From Octopus bimaculoides (taxonomy: Eukaryota): a DNA stretch of 64,000 nucleotides. A model generated the notes under the pieces. The model was not told where the DNA came from. It was given only the letters and a program-made list of their open reading frames with translations, and searched no databases. Made by a program: the position numbers and the translations under genes. Of the stretch, positions 47,802-59,412 are shown in pieces (the stretch's first letter is position 1; the number at the start of each line of letters is the position of its first letter). The DNA is taken from positions 139,016,510-139,080,509 of the forward strand of contig NC_068981.1 of the NCBI RefSeq assembly GCF_001194135.2. Direction: 5' to 3'.

Positions 47802-48188
47802 GTCAAAAGTGGCGGTGCAATGGCCCAGTGGCTAGGGCAGTGGACTTGCGGATGTAGGATCGCAGTTTCGATTCCCAGCCTGGGCGTTGTGAGTGTTTAT
47901 TGAGTGAAAACACCTAAAGCTCCACGAGGCTCCGGCAGGGGATGGTGGCGAACCCTGTTGTACTCTTTCACCACAACTTTCTCTCACTCTTACTTTCTGT
48001 TGTGCCTGTAATTCAAAGGGTCAGCCTTGTCACACTGTGTCACGCTGAATATCCCCGAGAACTACGTTAAGGGTACACGTGTCTATGGAGTGCTCAGCCA
48101 CTTGCACGTTAATTTCACGAGCAGGCTGTTCCGTTGATTGGATCAACTGGAACCCTCGACGTCGTAAGCGACGGAGTGCCAACAACAA
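47802..48188 (+). mobile_element. Full-length tRNA-headed SINE, family C, with (AAC)n tail and 32-bp TSD
   Basis: Head ggcggtgcaatggcccagtggctagggcagtggac...tttcgattccc; TSD atctacagagagaaattgtctccatgacaaaa at 47770-47801 and 48189-48220. A partial inverted copy lies at about 51965-52125. Confidence 0.9.
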
Positions 48189-49404
48189 ATCTACAGAGAG
48201 AAATTGTCTCCATGACAAAAATATTGCGAATGGCTTTCTTATGGATTCGAATATGGCTCAAGCGTATTTGGATTGGTAACAAGTTCATACATACAGACAT
48301 GTAATATTTCCCCATAGCCAGTTAAGTTCTCACAAAATACTGGAAATGAATGACACTGCTTATATGACAGTGATATTCATTTACCACTATCACATGATGC
48401 CAAAACAAGTAGACACAATAACACACACATATTCATATCATCATTTAACGTCTGTTTTCCATGCTAGCATGGATTGGATAGTTTGACTGAAAACTGGTAA
48501 GTTGGGGAGCTGCACCAGGTTCCAATCTGATTTGGCGTGGTTTCTACAGCTGGATACCCTTCCTAACGCTAACCACTCCAAGAGTGTAGTGGATGCTTCT
48601 TACATGCCACCAGCATAGGTGCTAGTTATGTAACACTAGCATTGACCATGACCATGGTCTCATTTGGCTTGGACTGGCCCCTGTGTAGGTGGCACGTAAA
48701 ATTCACCATTTCGAGCGTGGTTGTTGCCAGTACTGCCTGACTGGCCTTCGTGCTGGTGGCACATAAAAGCACCCACTACACTCTTGGAGTGTTTGGCGTT
48801 AGGAAGGGCATCCAGTTGTAGAAACTCTGCCAAATCAGATTGGAGCCTGGTGTAGCCACCTGGTCCACCAGTCCTCAGTCAAATCGTCCAACCCATGCTA
48901 GCATGAAAAGTGGACGTTAAACAATGATGATGATGATGATATGATTGTCATTTATTGTCAAAGTTCTATGCTGGCATAGGTTGAATGGTTTGACACCCCT
49001 TGCAACTAAAAGGCTAAATATACAAATGAAGACCCTGCTACCAACAAGGCAAAAATATAATTGTGTATAACTGTGGAGGGAAATGTTGAATCTCATGGAG
49101 GTGATGGTGAGTGACTGAGACCTTTGGTGATTTGCTGCGCTTGAGAAAGCATGTCAAATTAAGTGAAATCTTAGTTGTGGTCAGTACCAGTGACACACAA
49201 AAGGCACCCAGTACATTCTGTGGTTGTGGTTGGCATTAGGAAGGGTATCCAGCTGTAAAAACCAAAGTTAAATCAAACTGGAGCCCATTGCAGTTATTTG
49301 TCTTACCAGCCCCAGTCAAACCGTCTTACCCATGCTGGCATGGAAAACAGATGCTGAATGATGATGATAATGATGGGTGGACAGAAAAAGAGGGGAAAGC
49401 TTAC

Positions 49405-49466
49405 CTATCAAAAGAACCAGTTAATAAGGTCTGTTGTTCAGCAGGATGCCATTTCACACACTGCAC
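49405..49466 (-). CDS. PWP1: PWP1 exon (VQCVKWHPAEQQTLLTGSFD)
   Basis: VQxxxxHPxExQTLxxGSxD motif; tatag acceptor, GTAAGC donor, phase 0 to 2. Confidence 0.95.
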
Positions 49467-50445
49467 CTATAATAAAGAAAACATGGAATATTTATCAAAG
49501 TGAAGACTACATTTATATAAAGCAAATAAAAGCAGAAAAAAAAAAAGCTTTCTCTAAAGCTTCTTTATTAGGGCATGAGTGTGACAATTAAAAAAAAAAT
49601 GTACACTATTGAAGCTTTTTATATATGAATTTTCTTCAAGCTATTACTTGCCATCAGCGAAAGAAAAAGCCTCTGCTAAATCTTCAATAGGGCATAAAAA
49701 AAAAATCGCATTACATAATTTAGAGTCCAAGACACATCATCATCATACTTGGTCAGAACTAACTGGGGTCTAAATAACAATGGAGCTTCTTGACCAATCA
49801 GAATGTTATGAACTGATTAATGTGCTTTATCCAGGAGCACAACACTGTGTAGTAACATGTCAAAGACCCCACCAATAAACTACAACCTCTGGCCCAGACA
49901 CACTGTCCCCTCATCACTGCATTTCCCCTGAACTAGTTTGTTGTATACAGCTGCACCTGGGTCCACTCCTACTCATCATCAATACCGTGTCTTGTCACAA
50001 ACAAACAAACTGCTATGCTCTATTCATCCTCCATCTAACATCTCCTTACTATTCGTGTCGGCTTACAGATACTCAGCCCTCGCATATGCACAGGTAACCT
50101 ACGACCTCACTTACCCTACAACCACGAACAGAAGCCATCAATATATTTTCCAACAAGAGATACTGGTCTTGCTTCACAACATGATAAAAACAATAATTAA
50201 GAATATTAAGAAAAAGTTTTGCACTACAACGATTTCTCTATAACTCTCACCTGTGAGGATCATAGACACAACTACTCCTTGGCTATCATCATTGTTTTAA
50301 TATCCTCTTTTCCTTGCTTGCATGGGTTGGATGGAATTTGTCAAGGTAGATCTATGGTTGATTATAATTCCTATCACCATGACAGGGACACTTGTTTACA
50401 ACTATCAAACAATGTCAAGACTAGGAGACACCTAACCACACACAG

Positions 50446-50487
<42 letters not shown>

Positions 50488-50770
50488 NNNNNNNNNNNNN
50501 NNNNNNNNNNNNNNNNNNNNNNNNNNNNNNNNNNNNNNNNNNNNNNNNNNNNNNNNNNNNNNNNNNNNNNNNNNNNNNNNNNNNNNNNNNNNNNNNNNNN
50601 NNNNNNNNNNNNNNNNNNNNNNNNNNNNNNNNNNNNNNNNNNNNNNNNNNNNNNNNNNNNNNNNNNNNNNNNNNNNNNNNNNNNNNNNNNNNNNNNNNNN
50701 NNNNNNNNNNNNNNNNNNNNNNNNNNNNNNNNNNNNNNNNNNNNNNNNNNNNNNNNNNNNNNNNNNNNNN

Positions 50771-50819
<49 letters not shown>

Positions 50820-51265
50820 TGATGAGCTTCTTTCAGTTTCTGTCAACCAAATCCACTCACAAAGCTCTGGTCGGCTCATTTGGTCAATGTGTCATGCAGT
50901 GGGGCAGAAGTTGAAACAATGTGATGGAGGGGAAAAAAAAACTGCACCTGTGCCTAACCACAAAGCCACATTTGAAATAAAATTGAAAAGCTAGATGATG
51001 TTGTAGGTGCTAAGAACTACACTCAAAATGAGAAACAAATATAGAGACTGACAAAGAGGAACAACTCACTAGACTGTTAAAAAATATAATACTGTAAGGT
51101 ATTTTGCCTGGATACTTTACCAACTGTACCATTCCACTAAGCAAATAACATAATGAAGATAAAGTGTTTTTCTCTTATTTGCATAAATCTATAAATTTAT
51201 GAGGATAAGGGCATAATCTTTGAACTGATCTTCTCAATGATATAGAAAACAAAAATAAATCCTAC

Positions 51266-51362
51266 TTTTTCTTCATGTTTTCTGATGGAAGATACAGCTT
51301 TGGCCTCTGTCAAGTCCCACAAACCAACAGTAAAATCAGCAGATGCACTGGCCAGAACATTT
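51266..51362 (-). CDS. PWP1: PWP1 exon (R-NVLASASADFTVGLWDLTEAKAVSSIRKHEEK)
   Basis: NVLASASADxTVxLWD WD40 repeat; ttctag acceptor, GTAGGA donor. Confidence 0.96.
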
Positions 51363-52766
51363 CTAGAAAAATAAAAAGGCTGGTACCATTAAGAAATATA
51401 TAGTTTATACAGCATTAAATAAAAACAACTATAATTGAATATCATAATAAAGCAAGATAGTAGCTTAACAGAATCATATTAGAATATTACATAGAAAGCT
51501 TTATTGTGTTTGTTCTGATCTCTGTTTTCCATGTTCAAATCCCACTGAGGTCAACTTCGTCTTTCATCATCATCAATTAACATCTGTTTTCCATGCTGGC
51601 ATGGGTTGGACAGTCTGACATGGAGCTGGTCAGCTGTCCAGACTACAATTGTCTGTCGTGACATGGTTTCTATGATTGGATGCCCTTCCTAGTGCCAACC
51701 ACATCACTGTGTGCTGGGTGCTTTTTACGTGACACCAGCTTGGGTGCATTTGTGCAGCACCAGTGTGAGTGCATTGTACAAGGCACTGGCACCTGTAAAG
51801 GACAAGCCAGTATGTATCATTTACTGGTTTCAGTCACTGGACTGCAGTCATGTAGTCTTGCATTGCCTTTAAGCATCTTAGTTGAACAAATCGTCCACAG
51901 TATTTAGGTTTTTTTTAAGTCTGGCATTTATTGTATCAGTCTCTTTTGCTGAATTACTGTGTTATTGCCAAGTTCTCCATTGGTTATGATGACGAGTGTT
52001 CCAGTTGATCCAATCAATAGAACAGCCTGCTCACGAAATTAATGTGCAAGTGGCTGAGCACTCCACAGACACGTGTGCCCTTAATTTAGTTCTCAGGGAG
52101 ATTTGGTGTGACAAGGCTGGACCTTTGAAATAGAGGCACAACTTAATATTTCCAGCTTGGTTGACTGGACCAATGTGAAATCAAATGTTTTACTGAAGGA
52201 CACAATGCACCACTGGGAATGGAACTGATAGCCTTCCGATTGCAAGTCAAACACCATAAACACTAAGTCAAATGCCTTCACTTGAACTGCTAAGTTATGA
52301 GGCTGTTAAAAGCCAACACTGGTTGTCAAGCATTGGGTAGGGAGGCAGTGCAACAAACACAGACACAAAGATTCACACATATGTATATATACATACAAAC
52401 ACACACACACACAATGGGCTTCCACATAGTTTCCATCTACCAAATCAAGGGTTCAGAAAGACTGTCCCATGCAACCTTATCTGAAGGCTGTGATTGGTTG
52501 GGTTGCACCCTGGCGCGAGATAGAACAAGAGACAAAAATATGCCAATACCAACCAACCAGAGTGGTGGATACAACAGGGTCCAAAGATACGGCCGAAGGC
52601 TAGCTGTTAACCACTACGTCCGCACTCGTGTATATTTAACAGAGAGAGAGAGAGAGAGAGAGAAAAAGAGAGAGAAGTACGCTACACATATATAAAAGAT
52701 ATACATTATAAGCACACACATGTACAAAAGATGTATATATTATAAACATATATTATGTTTACAGAC

Positions 52767-52828
52767 CTGCTGTTTTGATTCCATGCTAAATCTAGAACTG
52801 CATCAGAATGTCCCAGCACAGAACCTTT
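52767..52828 (-). CDS. PWP1: PWP1 exon (KGSVLGHSDAVLDLAWNQNS)
   Basis: WD40 GH-dipeptide, GHxDAVLDLxWN; ttccag acceptor, GT donor, phase 0 to 2. Confidence 0.95.
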
Positions 52829-53500
52829 CTGGAAATAAAAATATAAAAAGGAATCTCTTCATGTAAGAGCTATGATGATGTATATTTAAAATGAAGATTG
52901 ATATATTAGATTTGACTTGATTGTTATTACTTCTAACTGTACACAAATCTAAAACATAGACAAAATTAGGCATGGTTTCTATGGCTGGATTGCCTTCCTA
53001 CCAACAGAGAATACTGGGTGTTCTTGTAATGGTACTAGAGAGGTTGCTATGCTTTTAGAAAGACTAAAGCATCCTCTTAATCCTATGTTGTTTCTATGCA
53101 GGAAAAAAAAAAATGTTGTCTTCTGCAGCTACTTGCTTCTGTTTGCCATAATCATAAATGAGTTCCCTTTTCCCTTGTTTCATTAACAAAAATAGTCATT
53201 AATGCTAAAGATTTCATTTCACTAAGCTCATTAATCTAGCATATTAATTTGCTTTTAACTATAGCTACATCTAATGCAGTTACCCCTCCTTCTTACACCA
53301 TCACCTTCATACAAACTCTTTTCTACTTTTCTTCTTAGAACTAGTGCCTTCTAGAAATTTCACCTGTCTATATATTTCGTATGGGCATTAACCAACAGAA
53401 GCTCAAGATGAACAACAACCAAATGAGTTTAATGAGAGAGAATTTTGGATGAAATAACTGTGATTTGCATTATAAAAAAAAAAAAAAAAGCCAGACATAC

Positions 53501-53622
53501 CTTTTTGTTTTTCTTCTTACTTTGATTGGTGCCAAGGGTAAAAACTGGCTCAAGACTGTCAATCAAGTCTAGATCCCAAATATCAATAGTTGGATTCATG
53601 GAACCAAGGGCTACATAATTAC
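53501..53622 (-). CDS. PWP1: PWP1 exon ([41 protein letters not shown])
   Basis: [31 protein letters not shown] plus basic NLS-like run; gtcag acceptor, GTATGT donor. Confidence 0.96.
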
Positions 53623-54103
53623 CTGACAACAAAAAACATTAAACATGATAAAAACACTGTAAACCAAAGTGTTTCAATTTTCATGTTTCTCCTGTAACTC
53701 AGTCTCAGGTCCCTACAGTCTCTCTTTCAATAAACCAAACTGTCTCAGGGACCTGTCTTACACTTTTATAAACTTTACTGCCTCAAGCTTTGACATATGT
53801 TTATCTGACGCCAGTAAAGCAAACATTAAGTTTTCTTCAATCTATATCTACACCAGACTACAAATAACCCAGCTCTCACTGCAGAATCAGCATTGCTTTA
53901 ATAGCTTAATCAAAGACAGAAGGGCTGTAGCCATGGACATTGCAGGGTCTCTGAGACTGTTATGTAGATGTGAAAAAATATATATATATATAAAAATTTA
54001 AGGAATGGAGAAAACACATGTTATAACTGCATACTTTATTCCAACATATGCTTCGAAGAATTACAATTTATGCGATCCATAGGAATCGGCGATGTTAAAA
54101 ATG

Positions 54104-54183
54104 TAAACTTCTCCTCAGGGAAATGTATGGGAATCATCTTACGTTTAAGATGATTCCCATACATTTCCCTGAGGAGAAGTTTA
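54104..54183. repeat. Perfect 38-bp inverted repeat with 4-nt loop, running into an assembly gap
   Basis: taaacttctcctcagggaaatgtatgggaatcatctta-cgtt-taagatgattcccatacatttccctgaggagaagttta, then N. Confidence 0.9.
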
Positions 54184-54667
54184 NNNNNNNNNNNNNNNNN
54201 NNNNNNNNNNNNNNNNNNNNNNNNNNNNNNNNNNNNNNNNNNNNNNNNNNNNNNNNNNNNNNNNNNNNNNNNNNNNNNNNNNNNNNNNNNNNNNNNNNNN
54301 NNNNNNNNNNNNNNNNNNNNNNNNNNNNNNNNNNNNNNNNNNNNNNNNNNNNNNNNNNNNNNNNNNNNNNNNNNNNNNATATATATATATATATATATAT
54401 ATATACTCACACACACATATATAGTTATATATATATATATAAATATATAAGTCGAATTTAAAAGTTTTGAAATTATGCATTAAACACAGTATCAAAACCT
54501 TGCTTCAAGTTAAATCCCAGGTCATGTGTCTGCGGAGCACATTCACCACCTATGGCTACCAGGGGTCATCAGTGATACTTTGTGGTCATCGTTGGATTAA
54601 CTTCCAAGAATTCCAAGGTGCATGTAAGGTACAGACTAGAGATTAATAGAGAAGATGGACTGTACCA

Positions 54668-54785
54668 AAAAGCAATTTATTGTCACAACAATTGTTTCGT
54701 CTTCAAAATGCACTGGTCTCTAGTGGGCGTGGAATGATGCAACATACGGTGCAAAGAAGACTCTTCAGGTGTATAATATGCTTTT
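54668..54785 (-). ncRNA. Type I hammerhead ribozyme motif with extended stems I and II
   Basis: Minus strand reads aaaagca..auuauacac-CUGAAGA-gucuuc...gaagac-GAAAC-AAUU-GUU-gugacaau..ugcuuuu: exact core, 6-bp stem II, AC/GU stem III with a 4-nt loop, multi-helix stem I. Confidence 0.75.
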
Positions 54786-55636
54786 AAGTGTAGAGATTTA
54801 CACTTCAGTTTCATTGTATTGAGAGATTCTGTCAGTTCAGGTGGATGAGTATTTTTTTTTAAAACATCNNNNNNNNNNNNNNNNNNNNNNNNNNNNNNNN
54901 NNNNNNNNNNNNNNNNNNNNNNNNNNNNNNNNNNNNNNNNNNNNNNNNNNNNNNNNNNNNNNNNNNNNNNNNNNNNNNNNNNNNNNNNNNNNNNNNNNNN
55001 NNNNNNNNNNNNNNNNNNNNNNNNNNNNNNNNNNNNNNNNNNNNNNNNNNNNNNNNNNNNNNNNNNNNNNNNNNNNNNNNNNNNNNNNNNNNNNNNNNNN
55101 NNNNNNNNNNNNNNNNNNNNNNNNNNNNNNNNNNNNNNNNNNNNNNNNNNNNNNNNNNNNNNNNNNNNNNNNNNNNNNNNNNNNNNNNNNNNNNNNNNNN
55201 NNNNNNNNNNNNNNNNNNNNNNNNNNNNNNNNNNNNNNNNNNNNNNNNNNNNNNNNNNNNNNNNNNNNNNNNNNNNNNNNNNNNNNNNNNNNNNNNNNNN
55301 NNNNNNNNNNNNNNNNNNNNNNNNNNNNNNNNNNNNNNNNNNNNNNNNNNNNNNNNNNNNNNNNNNNNNNNNNNNNNNNNNNNNNNNNNNNNNNNNNNNN
55401 NNNNNNNNNNNNNNNNNNNNNNNNNNNNNNNNNNNNNNNNNNNNNNNNNNNNNNNNNNNNNNNNNNNNNNNNNNNNNNNNNNNNNNNNNNNNNNNNNNNN
55501 NNNNNNNNNNNNNNNNNNNNNNNNNNNNNNNNNNNNNNNNNNNNNNNNNNNNNNNNNNNNNNNNNNNNNNNNNNNNNNNNNNNNNNNNNNNNNNNNNNNN
55601 NNNNNNNNNNNNNNNNNNNNNNNNNNNNNNNNNNNN

Positions 55637-55673
<37 letters not shown>

Positions 55674-55906
55674 TAATGTGTATAAGGAACTCCCTAATTT
55701 TTTGGGCTTGCAATTTAGAAAAAATGGTTTTGTAAAGGATTATAATACTATCCATGTATAAGAAACTCCCATATTTTTCAACCTAATTTTTGACAAAAAA
55801 GGGTTCTTTATACATGTTAAAATATGGTATATAAATAAATGCAAGCTAAGAAATACATACACACAAAGACACATGTGGTACAGTATAAGAGAAACACTAT
55901 ACTAAC

Positions 55907-56011
55907 CTGTTTCTTCATTAGGATCATAATCCAGCCATTCTACGGCCAGTGGGAAAGAAGGCAGTATGATATCATGATGAACAAATAAATTACTGTCCGG
56001 TTCATCATAGA
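55907..56011 (-). CDS. PWP1: PWP1 exon (V-YDEPDSNLFVHHDIILPSFPLAVEWLDYDPNEET)
   Basis: VHHDIxLxxxPLxVEWLxxDP hallmark; ttcag acceptor, GTTAGT donor, phase 1/1. Confidence 0.96.
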
Positions 56012-57235
56012 CTGAAAAGAAATAAAGTAAGGAATTTATATAAGATGAATCATAACTACAACACACACACATATGAACATCATCATCATGTATTTTCCAT
56101 GTTGGCATGGGCTGGATGGTTTGACCAGAGCTGGCAAGGCCAAGGACTGCATCAGGCTCCATTTTCTGTTCAGATATGGTTTCTATGGCTGGATGCCCTT
56201 CCTAACACCAACCACCCCATAGAATGTACTGGGTGCTTTTGATGTGATACCAGCACAATATATATAAATATATATATATATATACACACAGCTGACTAAT
56301 TGTAAATTTATCTAACATGATTAGGAACAATTTTTCATTCTGACAAAATCTCTCAATGGTATTGTTTCATATTTATGCACTACAGCATCATAATGATACA
56401 CACAAACCAATTAACCATCATGCTCTCCATAAGGAGATATATTTAATTTTTGTCTATGAATTCTTGTATATTAGGTAAAAAAAAGTTAAAAACTATATAT
56501 ATATAAACATAAGTGATGTGCTTCTTACAGTTTCTATCTACCAAACATTCAAGGTATTGGTGGCTACCACCTTCAGGTTAAAATAGAAAACACTTACTCA
56601 AAACCACACAGCCATGCCTGGACATATATATATTTGCTGTTTTCACTGTGATTACTCTCGCCAACTCTTGAATAATGCTAGAAGCCATGCACCCTTTCTA
56701 CAGTAAGAAACTTGTTCTGCAGCCTTCTTTCATATTAACCTCTTATCGCATAACATAAAGCCACCTCTCTCTTTACTATAGTTCCACTCCATTGAAAGGA
56801 ATCCTAGTCTTGTGAGTTACATAGCAACCTCATTAGTGATAAGACCATAAAAAAGAGCATCCAGTCATGGAAACTATGCCGAAGCAGACATTGGAGCACA
56901 GCAGAATCCTCGATCCTGTCAAATGCCTAACCCATGCCATTTGGAAGACAGACATAAAATAATGATGATGATGATTAACATCATCTAACGTCTGTTTTCC
57001 AGGCTAGCATGGTTGGGATCATTTGACCAGAGCTGGCAAGCTGTACCAGGTTCCAGTCTGATTTGGTTTGGTTTCCACAGTTTGATGCCCTTCCTAATGC
57101 CAATCACCTAAGAGAGTGTGCTGGGTGCTTTTTATGTAGCACTGGATACACACACACACACACACAAATAGGCTTTCCAGAAAGTGTTGAGCAGAATTAT
57201 TAAGCAAATTAAAAAAAAGTACCAAATTTAATTAC

Positions 57236-57332
57236 CATAAACTTCTAGTAAGCTGGCATCTTTTATTGTTCGTGCAACAGCGATAAGGTTGTCTGTTGGC
57301 TTTATCATCACATTTTCTTCATCACTGTCAGG
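57236..57332 (-). CDS. PWP1: PWP1 exon (PDSDEENVMIKPTDNLIAVARTIKDASLLEVY)
   Basis: IKPxDNLI...LEVxV motif; AAG acceptor after a pyrimidine tract, GTAATT donor, phase 0 to 1. Confidence 0.92.
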
Positions 57333-59329
57333 CTTAAAAAGAAAAATGTAGAACAAATCAATTCATATTATTTCCTTCAAGAGTATATGGATTACAAACG
57401 AAGTTTTTACCGTGTAACAATCGTTCTTAACATTTAAATGGGTTCAGGAACAACCAGCATGATAAGACATATATTACATTTATATATATCATCCTTATCG
57501 TTTAACGTCCGCTTTACATGCTAGCATGGGTTGGACGATTTGACTGAGGACTGGTGAACCAGATAGCTACACCAGGCTCCAATCTGATTTGGCAGAGTTT
57601 CTACAGCTGGATGCCCTTCCTAATGCCAACCACTCCAAGAGTGTAGTGGGTGCTTTTACGTGCCACCGGCACGAAGCCCAGTCAGGCGGTACTGGTGCTG
57701 TCAGTAATTACTCAGGGTAGGCAGTTGGTGACCTTTATGCAATAAAACACAAAAAATGTGAAATGCAGGTGCGCGACTGAGTTGTAGGGAGATTTACTTC
57801 TGCCTTCAGGAGGTTAACACAACCTCTAATTAAATTTATACACACACACACACATATATGATGAGCTTCTTTCAGTTTCTGCCTACCAAATCCACTTACA
57901 AGGCTTTTGCCCAAGGCTATAGTAGAAGACACTTGCTAAGGTGCTATGCAGTGGGACTGAAACTAGAACCACATGGTTAGGAAGGAAGCTTCTTACCACA
58001 CAACCATGCCTGTGCCTATAGAGAAAAGAAATTCAGGTTCTACAGAGACATAAACTCGGATCACTGGATTCAGAATCCAGAGTGCTAACCATTCCGTATA
58101 AATTCAGAGGATTGGAAACGAAAGCTGCATATACTGCAGAAAGAATGTTTCACGTGAACACAAAAAGGGAACTTTATAACACATCATGGAACAATTAAAA
58201 AAACACTTGCAACAACAATTAGTGTTACGAAAAGGCTCAATATAGAGTGCTGTCTGTAGTTATAACAACATAAGCTGTTTAAGTTCTTTGTTTCCATAAA
58301 CATGTCTAAATTATCAACACTTCAGTATCAACATTGTGACATATGTAAGCATCACACATTTTATTTCTAGTATGGGAGGTATATAATGTCTTGAAGTAAG
58401 AAAATAGCATATTCCCTGGTCAGTAAAATTCTGTCAAGTTAGGCAGAACAGCTTAAGATTTAGCAGCAACCCCATCAAGCTTAATGGGATAAAAGTTCAA
58501 AGAGTACATAAATATCTGCTCTCCAACTAAGAACCAATTTAATAAGACATAAACATGTCCAGAGTATTGGATTATATAGCAGGTAATTAAATTCTTCTCC
58601 AAGATTATATTCCAGTTTGTTTTCTAACCAACAAAGATTGCTGGTTTACTGAGGTATAACAGCTTTAGCACATTCAACAACCACAAGAAATGTTAAGCCA
58701 GGATGGGAGCCTCTCTGGTATTAGAGAGTGGCTTGACATGCGAGAAATAGCAGCCAAGCATCTCTCACATTATACTGTACTGCTTTATTAAAAAATGTAG
58801 ATCCTGATATACAAAAGGTTGGTTGAAGTTGGAATGTCTTAAACTACAGTCCCCTTGAGCAAGGCCAAATCAGGGCTATACAAAGACAATAAGAAATGCA
58901 ACTCCATTTAATTAATGTAAAATTGAAATAACAGTCAAAAAGCATCAACATCACTTTATTTCTCTTCTGCATTCTCAGACAAAGAATGAGGGCCCAGAAT
59001 GGTAGATTCTTCACTCCTTGTAGGAATTGAACTCCTCTATGAAATAATTGTCTCTAATTTAGACAATCATCAACTTCCTTGGAAAACACATTTTTTTTAC
59101 TTATTCCATCAAGCCAAGTGAAATTGACACATAAAAGCATCCATTACATTCTCGGCGTGGTTGGCGTTAGGAAGGGCATCCAACTGTGGAAACCATGCCA
59201 AATCAGACTGGAGTCTGGTGCCTCAGCTTACCAGCCCTGGTCAAACCATTCAACCCATGCCAGCATGGACAACAGATGTTAAAGGACAATGATGATAATG
59301 ATGTAAATTTGTTGAACATGAAAACTAAC

Positions 59330-59412
59330 CTCATCATGATCATTGATGTAAGGATCTTCCTTATTGTCAGCAAAATACACCAGATTACCAATACCACTGT
59401 GGAAATTGAACT
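59330..59412 (-). CDS. PWP1: PWP1 exon (E-FNFHSGIGNLVYFADNKEDPYINDHDE)
   Basis: Matches the PWP1 L-x-x-Y...NxxDPY motif; gatag acceptor, GTTAGT donor, phase 1 to 0. Confidence 0.88.

Noticed and set aside
50219-50994. ORFs rich in YI/IY/CV/HT
   Set aside because: Translations of (TA)n and (CA)n microsatellites.
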